Shown here in pieces: positions 25,538 through 32,558 of a stretch of DNA of 36,604 nucleotides. The first letter of the stretch is position 1; each line of letters starts with the position of its first letter. The translations under genes were made by a program, and so were the position numbers. This DNA comes from a virus: positions 1-36,604 of the IMG/VR virus record IMGVR_UViG_3300027917_000012; one strand, given 5' to 3'. The notes under the pieces are model-generated. The model worked only from the letters and a program-made list of their open reading frames with translations. It was not told where the DNA came from and searched no databases.

Positions 25538-25965
25538 CAGAACGGCTCCATCGAAGCGTTGTCGTATTGCTGCACCGTCGCACCTGGGAACGCAGCAGCA
25601 ACAGCCGCAGAGTTGTCACGAGGCGGCAGGATCTGCTGACCCAACCGGTACACCCCCATCTCCCACGTCTGCACCGTCTGGCCCTGCTTGTTCACATACG
25701 AACCGGCCTTGACCTTGCCACGCACCATCACCTTCGACCCCTTACCGGTCGCCTCAGCAATCGCACGACCCTCAGCATCAGAGTTGTCGTTGCGGTTCGG
25801 CCACACAGTCAAGCTGACCCACGTCGCAGGCTCATCCTTGCCGTTCGACAAAGCAACAGCCGACTCCCACAGCGTCTTCTCGACACCCTGCACGGTCACC
25901 GTCTTCGATTCCCAGTCGCGTCCGAGGTTGCCCTCGATGCTCTGGATCTGTCCATCATTCAGCAT
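25537..25965 (-). CDS. ssb: Single-stranded DNA-binding protein (142 aa from MLNDGQ)
   Basis: OB-fold pattern (IEGNLGRDWE...WVSLTVWPN...GKGSKVMVRGKVKAGSYVNKQGQTVQTWEM), a flexible tail and a C-terminal ...MEPF tip. 11-nt overlap with the upstream stop. Confidence 0.7.
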   Translation of the reverse strand: MLNDGQIQSIEGNLGRDWESKTVTVQGVEKTLWESAVALSNGKDEPATWVSLTVWPNRNDNSDAEGRAIAEATGKGSKVMVRGKVKAGSYVNKQGQTVQTWEMGVYRLGQQILPPRDNSAAVAAAFPGATVQQYDNASMEPF

Positions 25966-26377
25966 TGCTGTCTTCTTCCTTCGTTGCGAGTGCCTTGTCC
26001 AGCACATAGGTTTCCTGGCACCACAGTTCGAGGCCCAGCCCGATACGCATAGCGCACCGCTTCACCGCATCCGATACGGCGTTCTTCACGTTCAGGCCCT
26101 CGTTCTGACCGGGCCGTTCGCACTCCCCAACTTCATCAATGACCACGGTGTGTTGCCCGTCGATGTTGAACACCATCCGAAGCACCACACCCTGAGCCTG
26201 TCCGTCTGCCGACCTGATGATCTGGGTGATCTCCTGCGAGGGCGGCACACCGAGCTTGGCGATCAGCATCTGCTGAATGTCGGCATGCGACACATAGTCA
26301 GCGGCGAAGCCACCTGGCTTCTGCTTGATGTACGACTTCGGGATCCTCTTCGCGAGGGCTTGTAGTTGCGTGGTCAT
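25955..26377 (-). CDS. Rad52/Sak-like single-strand annealing protein (140 aa)
   Basis: GAGGAAAGGAAA RBS. KNAVSDAVKRCAMRIGLGLELW motif typical of the Rad52/Sak family. Neighbours are an exonuclease and SSB. Confidence 0.65.
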   Translation of the reverse strand: MTTQLQALAKRIPKSYIKQKPGGFAADYVSHADIQQMLIAKLGVPPSQEITQIIRSADGQAQGVVLRMVFNIDGQHTVVIDEVGECERPGQNEGLNVKNAVSDAVKRCAMRIGLGLELWCQETYVLDKALATKEEDSNAE

Positions 26378-26405
26378 AGGTTTCCTTTCCTCAGGGTTGT
26401 TTCTT

Positions 26406-26627
26406 TCACCACTCTTTTTCCCACACTGCGAACTGGTTCATGAAGATGTCCTCGTTCACGAACAAGTCCTGCACTGCGGTCTTGATGTCGGAGTTGACGA
26501 GAGCGATCCGCACGTTCGCAGCCAGATCAGAAATCTCGCACAACCGGTCGATGGTGTCATCGCTGTTGCCGCATCCGAACACGTTCGCCATCGTCGCAGT
26601 GATGTCAATGGTGCGTCGTGGATCCAT
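26406..26627 (-). CDS. Hypothetical acidic protein (73 aa) in an AT-rich island
   Basis: Track ORF. TAATG coupling to the exonuclease gene. Confidence 0.55.
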   Translation of the reverse strand: MDPRRTIDITATMANVFGCGNSDDTIDRLCEISDLAANVRIALVNSDIKTAVQDLFVNEDIFMNQFAVWEKEW

Positions 26628-27505
26628 TAGCGCTTGCTCCGTTCGATCATCTCGACCGGGACTTCATCTTCGGACAGGCTGCGGCACACGGTGTTGTACT
26701 GGCAGTAGGCGCAGTTCCAAGGCTTTGCGCCCTTCTGCTGGTACTCGGGCCGGTCATGCACTAGCACAAGTTCGCCGTGATCGTTCGGCACGAACGCCGG
26801 AGCGATCTGGTCCTTGGCGTAGTAGCGGGCTGCGTACTGGAAGTGACGCAACTCGTCCATTGCAATGTCGTACGGCGTCTGCCCGTTCCAGTAGTCGTTG
26901 GTTTCGTGCAGGCCGAAATGCCATTCCACCATGTCGCCAGCCTTGATGCCTGCCCGGTAGTCGCTTTCCTTCGCAACGTACACAATCAGAATCGAGTCGG
27001 CTTCGATGCCGAGCGCATACAGGGTCGCCTGTGCGACATGCTCACGCTTCGGCCCCTCGTCTTTGCCAGGGTACGGCCACGCCAGCTTGGCTGCGTACCC
27101 GCTGACCGTCTTGATCTCGACAATCGTCTGGATGCCGGAGCCGTTCTGCGTGATGATCCCATCGCAGTGACCGGACAGGCCAAACTCCTCGATGCCGTGC
27201 CCGACCTTCTTGGACACTTCGGTCAGGTCAATCGGCACCTCAGCCTCGAAATACCAGCCGTTGCCGTCGCAATCCAACGCGTCCTGAACGGACTTGTGGA
27301 TGGCGTTGCCGATCTCAAACGCCATGTAGGTCTGAGGCGAGAACTCCTCGGACTCCATTGCGTTGTGAGCGCTGAATGTGCGCTTGCGGATGCACGCACC
27401 CGCATCGGACACCCTGAACGGTGTGTTGAAAGCTGTGGGCTTCGGCCCTGCTTCGTCACGCAGACGGATCTGGTTGTCCATCCACTCTTTCTGTACGTCC
27501 AGCAT
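26627..27505 (-). CDS. PD-(D/E)xK exonuclease, Cas4/RecB-like, with a 4-Cys cluster (292 aa from MLDVQ)
   Basis: AAGGAGGG RBS before ATG 27505. GHCDGII...VEIKTVSGY nuclease core. N-terminal Cys (DAGACIRKR) plus C-terminal CAYCQYNTVC (C-x2-C-x5-C). Confidence 0.7.
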   Translation of the reverse strand: MLDVQKEWMDNQIRLRDEAGPKPTAFNTPFRVSDAGACIRKRTFSAHNAMESEEFSPQTYMAFEIGNAIHKSVQDALDCDGNGWYFEAEVPIDLTEVSKKVGHGIEEFGLSGHCDGIITQNGSGIQTIVEIKTVSGYAAKLAWPYPGKDEGPKREHVAQATLYALGIEADSILIVYVAKESDYRAGIKAGDMVEWHFGLHETNDYWNGQTPYDIAMDELRHFQYAARYYAKDQIAPAFVPNDHGELVLVHDRPEYQQKGAKPWNCAYCQYNTVCRSLSEDEVPVEMIERSKR

Positions 27506-27662
27506 TCTGGACCCTCCTTGTTTGGTTGAAGTGATCGTTGATTCGTTGACGCTGAGCGATCGCCGCACGGTCACGGCGGTCACGCAGCCATTGTTCATAC
27601 CACATGCTGCGGGCGATGCCGAACCCAACAACGGCACCGCCCACAGCCGCAGCAACGAGCAT
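27456..27662 (-). CDS. Small membrane protein candidate (68 aa)
   Basis: TGATG coupling to the upstream gene. N-terminal hydrophobic helix MLVAAAVGGAVVGFGIA. It overlaps the exonuclease start by about 50 nt. Confidence 0.4.
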   Translation of the reverse strand: MLVAAAVGGAVVGFGIARSMWYEQWLRDRRDRAAIAQRQRINDHFNQTRRVQNAGRTERVDGQPDPSA

Positions 27663-27937
27663 CAGAACGGCTCGTTGGCGAACAGCAAGTCGTGGTTCTC
27701 AAGCTGCTCAGCGTTGTACTCGTCCATCAACGCAGCCCGCTCGTGCGGGTCGTTGTGCTCCTCACCGTCATGCTCGACATGCCAATCGGTCACGTCGTGA
27801 GCAAGCTGCTTGCTCAAGTATTCGGCGTCCTCACGGGACAGACGGAACGTCGAGGTGCTGGCCTGTCGTCCGTCTTCGGTTTCGCTGGTGATCGTCACGA
27901 AGAACAGATCCCCGTGGCGGCTGGTGTGAATAAACAT
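27662..27937 (-). CDS. Small acidic protein (91 aa) ending in an SSB-like tip (...LLFANEPF)
   Basis: GGAGG 9 nt upstream of ATG 27937. Sequence MFIHTSRHGDLFFVTITSETEDG...EYNAEQLENHDLLFANEPF. Confidence 0.6.
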   Translation of the reverse strand: MFIHTSRHGDLFFVTITSETEDGRQASTSTFRLSREDAEYLSKQLAHDVTDWHVEHDGEEHNDPHERAALMDEYNAEQLENHDLLFANEPF

Positions 27938-27982
27938 TGGTATGTACCTCCAAGCACAGACTGTAACACGTTGTGTCACGGA

Positions 27983-28285
27983 TTAGGTGGGTTTGTCAAG
28001 ATTTCTTTGCCGACGACGCTCACGCTGCCGCTCATTCCGAGCCTCAAACCGGGCACGATGCCTGTCCTCAGGCGTCAAACCCGCATAAATCCCGTAGTCG
28101 TCCTCGTACCTCGGATGATCGCCCAGAATGTACTCACGACACTCCTCCAACACCGGACAAGCAGCACAAACAGCCTTCGCATCCTCGATGTCACGCAACG
28201 CCTTACCAGACGCAGCACCCTTCACCGGAAAGAAAAAGTTCGTGTCGTAGCCTCGGCACGCAGCGTCGACCATCCACTCCGTCAC
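27983..28285 (-). CDS. whiB: WhiB-family 4Fe-4S transcription factor (100 aa; alternative start 28273)
   Basis: C-x(n)-CAACPVLEEC Cys pattern, GIYAGLTPEDR turn and an Arg-rich C-terminus. Confidence 0.8.
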   Translation of the reverse strand: MTEWMVDAACRGYDTNFFFPVKGAASGKALRDIEDAKAVCAACPVLEECREYILGDHPRYEDDYGIYAGLTPEDRHRARFEARNERQRERRRQRNLDKPT

Positions 28286-28698
28286 TCCTCCATACCCCCA
28301 GCAATCAACGCAGCCGACAAATCCTCACACAACCCAGGCGGCAACGAAATCGTCGTCCCCGTCCGAGGATTGATGACTTGCCACTGCAACGCATCAGCAA
28401 ACGTCGTCTGCGGCTGATACCGCAACACAAACGTCCGCTCCCGAGCACGCTCCACAATCTCTGCCGCTGCCTCCCACATGTCGTCACCGGCACGATTCAC
28501 CAGATTCATGACCGTTGTATGGTCCCGGCCCAGCATCGACCCGATCTCCGGGTAGCTGTACCCCAGAATCCGTAGCGACACCGCCGCAACACGCCGAGCC
28601 TTCACCACAGGCGCATGCCTGTTCCCGCTCAACATGTCATCGAGATGCACCCTGCTGTACTCCGCAGACGCCTCCAACACCTCAGCGTCGTACATCAC
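28282..28698 (-). CDS. DnaA domain IV-like HTH protein (138 aa)
   Basis: APVVKARRVAAVSLRILGYSYPEIGSMLGRDHTTVMNLVNRA matches the DnaA C-terminal DNA-binding domain pattern (R..A.yL....S...IG...g.rDHtTV). Confidence 0.65.
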   Translation of the reverse strand: MMYDAEVLEASAEYSRVHLDDMLSGNRHAPVVKARRVAAVSLRILGYSYPEIGSMLGRDHTTVMNLVNRAGDDMWEAAAEIVERARERTFVLRYQPQTTFADALQWQVINPRTGTTISLPPGLCEDLSAALIAGGMEE

Positions 28699-28816
28699 GA
28701 GCCTCCCGCAGCACCTGCTTCACCCAATCCGACGGACGCTGATCCGAACGCAAATCACTCGACTGCTTCGGATGACGCAAAATTTCGTCATGCTGCATCG
28801 CAGTTTGTTCCTTCAT
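28682..28816 (-). CDS. Candidate 44-aa ORF (MKEQTAMQHDEILRHPKQSSDLRSDQRPSDWVKQVLREARDVRR)
   Basis: Not in the track. ATGA overlap with the upstream gene. It overlaps the downstream start. Confidence 0.35.
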   Translation of the reverse strand: MKEQTAMQHDEILRHPKQSSDLRSDQRPSDWVKQVLREARDVRR

Positions 28817-29007
28817 GGTTTCTTCCTCGTTCCAGGCGGCAAATGACAACCGCAGTCACACAACGGACGGGCCACCCGCACGTCGTCATTCCAAAGGCTG
28901 CCCCTGATGCATTCATAGCCAGCAGGCACCGGGCACTGGTGTGGTTTCTTCACAGTTCCCCCTTCGTTCTCCACACCATACGCACACCCTGTGACACCTG
29001 CAACCAT
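28813..29007 (-). CDS. Small Cys-rich protein (64 aa from MVAGVTGC...)
   Basis: Internal ATG of track ORF 28813..29250. The upstream part of that ORF covers the operator region and looks non-coding. Contains CPVPAGYEC...CDCGCH. Confidence 0.5.
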   Translation of the reverse strand: MVAGVTGCAYGVENEGGTVKKPHQCPVPAGYECIRGSLWNDDVRVARPLCDCGCHLPPGTRKKP

Positions 29008-29040
29008 TTCGATCAGGTAGAGCGATGAGGTGTAGCGATA

Positions 29041-29065
29041 GTGACGCCTTACGGCGTCACTTTTT
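29041..29065. promoter_or_regulatory. 8-bp inverted repeat GTGACGCC-ttac-GGCGTCAC plus T5. Operator-like, or a plus-strand terminator-like hairpin
   Basis: Read directly from the sequence. On the minus strand its arm overlaps a CACTAT -10-like hexamer (29038-29043) located about 30 nt upstream of ATG 29007. Confidence 0.45.
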
Positions 29066-29074
29066 CGCCGTCGG

Positions 29075-29120
29075 CGAACGCCCGTTCGGGCGAACATACG
29101 TTCGTGCGAACATATGTTCG
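29075..29120. promoter_or_regulatory. Three abutting LexA/SOS-box-like palindromes (CGAAC-N4-GTTCG) at a 16-bp phase
   Basis: CGAACGCCCGTTCG 29075-29088, CGAACATACGTTCG 29091-29104, and CGAACATATGTTCG 29107-29120 (a perfect 14-bp palindrome identical to the Bacillus Cheo-box consensus). Confidence 0.7.
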
Positions 29121-29154
29121 TTCCACAATGCGGAACGGTTCCACAATGCGGAAC
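29120..29154. promoter_or_regulatory. Two tandem GTTCC-N7-GGAAC dyads (18-bp direct repeat GTTCCACAATGCGGAACG)
   Basis: GTTCCACAATGCGGAAC at 29120-29136 and 29138-29154, contiguous with the SOS-box array. Confidence 0.6.
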
Positions 29155-29376
29155 AACCGCGGAGAGTAGTGGCCGGCTCTCACTCTGCGCGGTCGCGGCG
29201 TTGTGCGGGCGTCTCGTGCGTTCCGGCGTTGCGGGCGTATTCCGGCGCACGCGAAACGCCCGGAACGCTTAGGGGTGCGCTCCGGGCGTCTCCGGGGGTT
29301 CTAGGTTGTCGGGCGCTACGTCATCCGGTGAGAACCCATAGCACTAGAATCAGTAGCAGGAGCCACCCCAGGGGCG

Positions 29377-30192
29377 TCACCTGGGCGCATCCTTCCCCGT
29401 CGAAAAGCGCACGTTACCGGTTCCACCGGGCAGACAATGGGCGCACGTAGCGCACGCGCCCGCCGCGGTCTCGGGATCCACAAGGGGAACGCGCCCGGTG
29501 AGTTCCGGGCAACGCAACCCGCGACGCTCGCCCATTGCTTGCGCGAGTTCCGCAGTTTCGTCCCAACTGTCACCGGAGAACGCCAACCGGAGCCACGGGT
29601 GGCGGGCGATCGCTCGGCGCGCTGATTGCACGTTGTCGCGGTCGACTGACAGGAAGACGCTTAGCGTCTCCGGTGGGCGCCCGGTGGACGGTAGGCGGAA
29701 CCTATGCGCCCACTTGTGCGCTCGGGTGTAGACCCATCCGCGCACGTTCGGGCGCATCTCGTGCGCCCGGGCTATGGCTGTCGCGTGCGTCTCGTGCGCT
29801 AGTTCCCCGTCCCACTGCCACCGGAACAACGGCGCCCGGACGCCCGCTAGGCGTTGCGCCGCGGCCGATTCGTCCAGCAGTGCGGCGAACATCTCCGCTA
29901 GCTCATCTGGGCGGTTTTCGTAGGCCATGACCGCGGCGTAGTTGTCCGCCATCATCCGGCCTACGGCAGGAAAACGGCGATCGATTGCCGCGGCGTAGCA
30001 ACCGTGGCAAAAGTCGGTTTTGTGCGGTTCGCACGATTCACGCGCGAGGCCGAACGAATTAGGCACGGCTGCCCAGTCTCCTGACGGCTTTAGCCGGGCG
30101 TGCGTGCACGTTTTCCGGTTGGTCGAGAGACGCAACATAGGCGGCGCGCTTGTCACCGGGATGGTGCGGCGCTTGGTCCTAGTAGTCATCAT
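29377..30192 (-). CDS. Cys-rich metal-binding protein (271 aa from MMTTRTKRR). Resembles the 'gene product 88' phage family as I recall it
   Basis: Internal ATG with a 14-nt overlap on the upstream stop. CTHAR...C..H....FCHGCYAA...FRWQWDGEL...VRGWVYTRAHKW...CATCAHC. Confidence 0.55.
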   Translation of the reverse strand: MMTTRTKRRTIPVTSAPPMLRLSTNRKTCTHARLKPSGDWAAVPNSFGLARESCEPHKTDFCHGCYAAAIDRRFPAVGRMMADNYAAVMAYENRPDELAEMFAALLDESAAAQRLAGVRAPLFRWQWDGELAHETHATAIARAHEMRPNVRGWVYTRAHKWAHRFRLPSTGRPPETLSVFLSVDRDNVQSARRAIARHPWLRLAFSGDSWDETAELAQAMGERRGLRCPELTGRVPLVDPETAAGACATCAHCLPGGTGNVRFSTGKDAPR

Positions 30193-30436
30193 CCCACCTT
30201 TCACCTGCTGCGGTTGGGTCAAACCAACCGGGCGCAACGTCGGAATTGGCCCAGCGGGCGAGACTGTCGCGGGACTCGTACCGGTCCCACATTTGTTCTG
30301 CGTGGGCGTCGCAACGGGGGAACGCCCGCCCGAACCGTCCGGGGACCTCGTGGAACGCCACCGGACCGCGGCACGGTCCGGCGTTGGGGTGCCCATGCTC
30401 TAGGCAATCTTCCGGCAGTAGTTCGGGCGCGCTCAT
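30179..30436 (-). CDS. Small Cys/His-rich protein (85 aa)
   Basis: ATGA overlap upstream. CLEHGHPNAGPCRGP...FPRCDAH. Confidence 0.55.
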   Translation of the reverse strand: MSAPELLPEDCLEHGHPNAGPCRGPVAFHEVPGRFGRAFPRCDAHAEQMWDRYESRDSLARWANSDVAPGWFDPTAAGERWDDDY

Positions 30437-30702
30437 CGGTCCCACCCCAAAAACTCGGCGTCCGCGTGCATCGCGGCCACGGCGTCGACATCTTCGCCGA
30501 GAACGTCGAACAGTTCCGCGGCCAGGTGGGCGCGTGGGTCGTTGGAACGTTGGCAGGGTGGCCCGCCGAATAGCGTTCCGCATCCGTCATTCGCGAACGT
30601 GCGGCGGGCGTCGTCGTAGCTCGCGGCGTATCCGTCTTCTACGGCATCGTGCAAGCTGTCTACGTGCCACGGTTCCGCGCATCTCGGACAATAAATATCC
30701 AT
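30433..30702 (-). CDS. Small zinc-ribbon-like protein (89 aa)
   Basis: MDIYCPRCAEPWHVDSLHD...DGCGTLFGGPPC. Confidence 0.6.
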   Translation of the reverse strand: MDIYCPRCAEPWHVDSLHDAVEDGYAASYDDARRTFANDGCGTLFGGPPCQRSNDPRAHLAAELFDVLGEDVDAVAAMHADAEFLGWDR

Positions 30703-30791
30703 ATCTGGTTTTCTTTCTGGTTGGGTTGTTCCGGTCTAGTTACCGGGGCGAACGCGCCCACCGGCGTGGGCGGACGCGCTCGGCTCGGGAA

Positions 30792-31178
30792 CTAGAACGC
30801 TCCGCCCGGCATCGGTTCGGGGAATATGCAACCGGACGCCAACCGGGGGCGCACATAGTCCCCTAGCGTCCATCCGGCGCGATCCTCGCCCGATATGACC
30901 GCCCATACGCTCGCCCGGTAATGGTCTGCGCGTAGCGGTCCCATTGGACGCCGGGACACTGCCCAACCGGCAGGCAGATAGGCGGCGATCCGGTCTAGCT
31001 CAATAGCGGCGGCGCGTGGGTCATCTGGTAGGCGCACGCGGCACCGGTCCGGCATGCTCGGCGGTTCGCAATCGTGCCCGTGGTGCCATTCGTCGGCGTC
31101 CGGGCCATCCGTTAGGTCAAACTCGCGCCCGCAATCTAGGCACGTTATGTAACCCCATTCACTGCGTGCGGGCGTCAT
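30792..31178 (-). CDS. Zinc-ribbon N-terminal domain protein (128 aa from MTPARSEW)
   Basis: ATGA overlap upstream. ITCLDCGREFDL...WHHGHDC. Confidence 0.55.
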   Translation of the reverse strand: MTPARSEWGYITCLDCGREFDLTDGPDADEWHHGHDCEPPSMPDRCRVRLPDDPRAAAIELDRIAAYLPAGWAVSRRPMGPLRADHYRASVWAVISGEDRAGWTLGDYVRPRLASGCIFPEPMPGGAF

Positions 31179-31369
31179 CGGTTCTCGAACCTTTCTCGTG
31201 CGTCGGTGTCGTACGCCCATCGCACGGCGTCGGCGTGGGCTGTCTCACCGGTGAACCGGACAACGCAACGCCCGGACGGTTCGTGGATGACGCGAGCTAG
31301 GCACCCATCGGGCGATGACTCCGCCCGGTATCGGCCCACGCGTGCGTCGGTGTGCGTGTAGGTGGTCAT
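31175..31369 (-). CDS. Hypothetical protein (64 aa from MTTYTHTD)
   Basis: GAGGAAGG RBS. A CACTATCGG motif lies about 31 nt upstream of the ATG. Confidence 0.5.
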   Translation of the reverse strand: MTTYTHTDARVGRYRAESSPDGCLARVIHEPSGRCVVRFTGETAHADAVRWAYDTDARERFENR

Positions 31370-31382
31370 TCGTTGCCTTCCT

Positions 31383-31613
31383 CTAGGCGGTTGGGGTGTC
31401 CGATAGTGGGCGCACCGACTCCCAACGGTCCGCGTTGATAGTAAACGGTGCGACCAGTGCGCCACCTGGCTGGAGCGCCCGGCGCCACGGCGCCCGGTAG
31501 TACGCGAGCAAGTGCCGCGCCCGGTGCTTACGCCACCGGCGACGTTCCTCTCGCGTGGGGAATACGGCCGCGAGCAGTACGCCTGCAATAGCTGCCCAGA
31601 TTGGCGCAGTCAT
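31383..31613 (-). CDS. Small membrane protein (76 aa from MTAPIW)
   Basis: ATGA overlap upstream. N-terminal TM helix APIWAAIAGVLLAAVF, then an Arg-rich stretch. Confidence 0.5.
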   Translation of the reverse strand: MTAPIWAAIAGVLLAAVFPTREERRRWRKHRARHLLAYYRAPWRRALQPGGALVAPFTINADRWESVRPLSDTPTA

Positions 31614-31840
31614 CGCGACACCTTCCACCGGATCTCCCCCACGGTATTTCCGTTGGCATCGCGCAACGGTTGCGCGTGCGACTCGGGCGGCTGGTCCACG
31701 TCTAGCGCATGCTCAAGCACTGCACTCATTGCGCCTAGCGCGTCGACTGGTTCGGCTATTGCGGCATTGCCTAGTACGACGTGGGCGAATAGGTGAACGA
31801 TCGCCGGGCGTTCGGTTGGGCGGCTCATGCTGCCTACCAT
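31610..31840 (-). CDS. Hypothetical protein (76 aa; alternative start 31828)
   Basis: ATG 31840 overlaps the upstream TAG (ATGGTAG). Confidence 0.45.
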   Translation of the reverse strand: MVGSMSRPTERPAIVHLFAHVVLGNAAIAEPVDALGAMSAVLEHALDVDQPPESHAQPLRDANGNTVGEIRWKVSR

Positions 31841-32106
31841 TCGTCGTACGCGTCGGCGTGGAATGCCGCGCAGGCGTCCAGGTCCGCTTCTAGGCGCATC
31901 TCCGCGGCGGTCATCCGGACTTCGTCGTTTTCGGTGCGCTCCATCGCGTAGAGCGTGCAATCCGCCCAGAACTCCGCAGCTTCTTCGGGGGAATCCCCGA
32001 ATCGGTGATAGGTCGCGGCGGCGTGGCGCGGCATTGGTTCCATCGGGCGCGGCTCAACTGTCGCGAGATGCGCTAACGCCCGGGCGTGGTAATCGTCTAG
32101 GTGCAT
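31834..32106 (-). CDS. First early gene: acidic hypothetical protein (90 aa)
   Basis: Track ORF. It is the first minus-strand ORF downstream of the divergent control region. Confidence 0.55.
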   Translation of the reverse strand: MHLDDYHARALAHLATVEPRPMEPMPRHAAATYHRFGDSPEEAAEFWADCTLYAMERTENDEVRMTAAEMRLEADLDACAAFHADAYDEW

Positions 32107-32148
32107 GGCTGGTTCCTGTTCCGGCGGCTCGTTCGGCCACCTGGGGGA

Positions 32149-32170
32149 ACCTTAGCGCCTGAATGTGACA
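32149..32170 (-). promoter_or_regulatory. Candidate early promoter resembling the actinobacterial LexA-independent DNA-damage motif (TGTCR...-N8-TAnnnT)
   Basis: The minus strand reads TGTCACAT-TCAGGCGC-TAAGGT. The -10 lies about 43 nt upstream of ATG 32106. Single instance with a partial match. Confidence 0.25.
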
Positions 32171-32199
32171 CGCGCACGCCATCCGGGCCACTAGGTGCG

Positions 32200-32307
32200 C
32201 CGATAGTGGCACCGGCTCCTCGAGTCGCGCCCGATAGTGAACCCCACCGGCCCAAGGGCTCGCCCGCTCGACCATCGCACCCAACCGGCCCACGCCTGCC
32301 CGATAGC
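32200..32307 (-). promoter_or_regulatory. Three copies of the (C)ACTATCGG / CTATCGG motif (minus-strand reading), each near a CCGGTG element
   Basis: Plus-strand CCGATAGTG at 32200-32208 and 32231-32239, and CCGATAG at 32299-32305. CACCGG at 32210, 32245 and 32317. Further copies at 29036-29043, 31400-31408 and 32535-32542, and one on the opposite strand at 32606-32612. Confidence 0.45.
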
Positions 32308-32415
32308 AACTAGCGCCACCGGCGCTAGGCGCTAGCAAACAACCCAACCGCCCAGCGTGACAATCCCACCGGCACCCGCCCGGTATGTCTAGGCATAGGC
32401 GCCCGGTTCTAGTGG

Positions 32416-32493
32416 CGAACGTTTGTTCGGGCGTACAGGTGTTTGTGCGAACGTATGTTCGGGGCGAGGGTCCGAAAAGCGAACGTATGTTCG
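32416..32493. promoter_or_regulatory. Three LexA/SOS-box-like palindromes at an exact 32-bp phase
   Basis: CGAACGTTTGTTCG 32416-32429, CGAACGTATGTTCG 32448-32461, CGAACGTATGTTCG 32480-32493. Confidence 0.7.
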
Positions 32494-32544
32494 CAGTTAG
32501 GGGCCATAACGAACCGGTTAGGGGGTATCACGGTGCGATAGTAG

Positions 32545-32558
32545 ACGAACTTGTTCGT
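32545..32558. promoter_or_regulatory. Related dyad ACGAAC-TT-GTTCGT abutting a minus-strand TACTAT hexamer
   Basis: CGAAC-N2-GTTCG at 32546-32557. The TACTAT hexamer (minus strand) is at 32538-32543. Confidence 0.4.

Noticed and set aside
30755-30772. Hairpin CGCCCAC-cggc-GTGGGCG in the 89-nt gap between early genes, as an intrinsic terminator
   Set aside because: No U-tract follows on the transcribed (minus) strand. It may be a processing or regulatory hairpin, but the evidence is too thin to call.
29316-32347. Numerous overlapping plus-strand ORFs in the early module (for example 30246..30866, 206 aa; 30100..30573; 31016..31300)
   Set aside because: The products are Arg/Gly/Pro-rich. They are antisense to a chain of minus-strand genes linked by ATGA-type overlaps with RBSs. 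This is attributable to the locally high GC.
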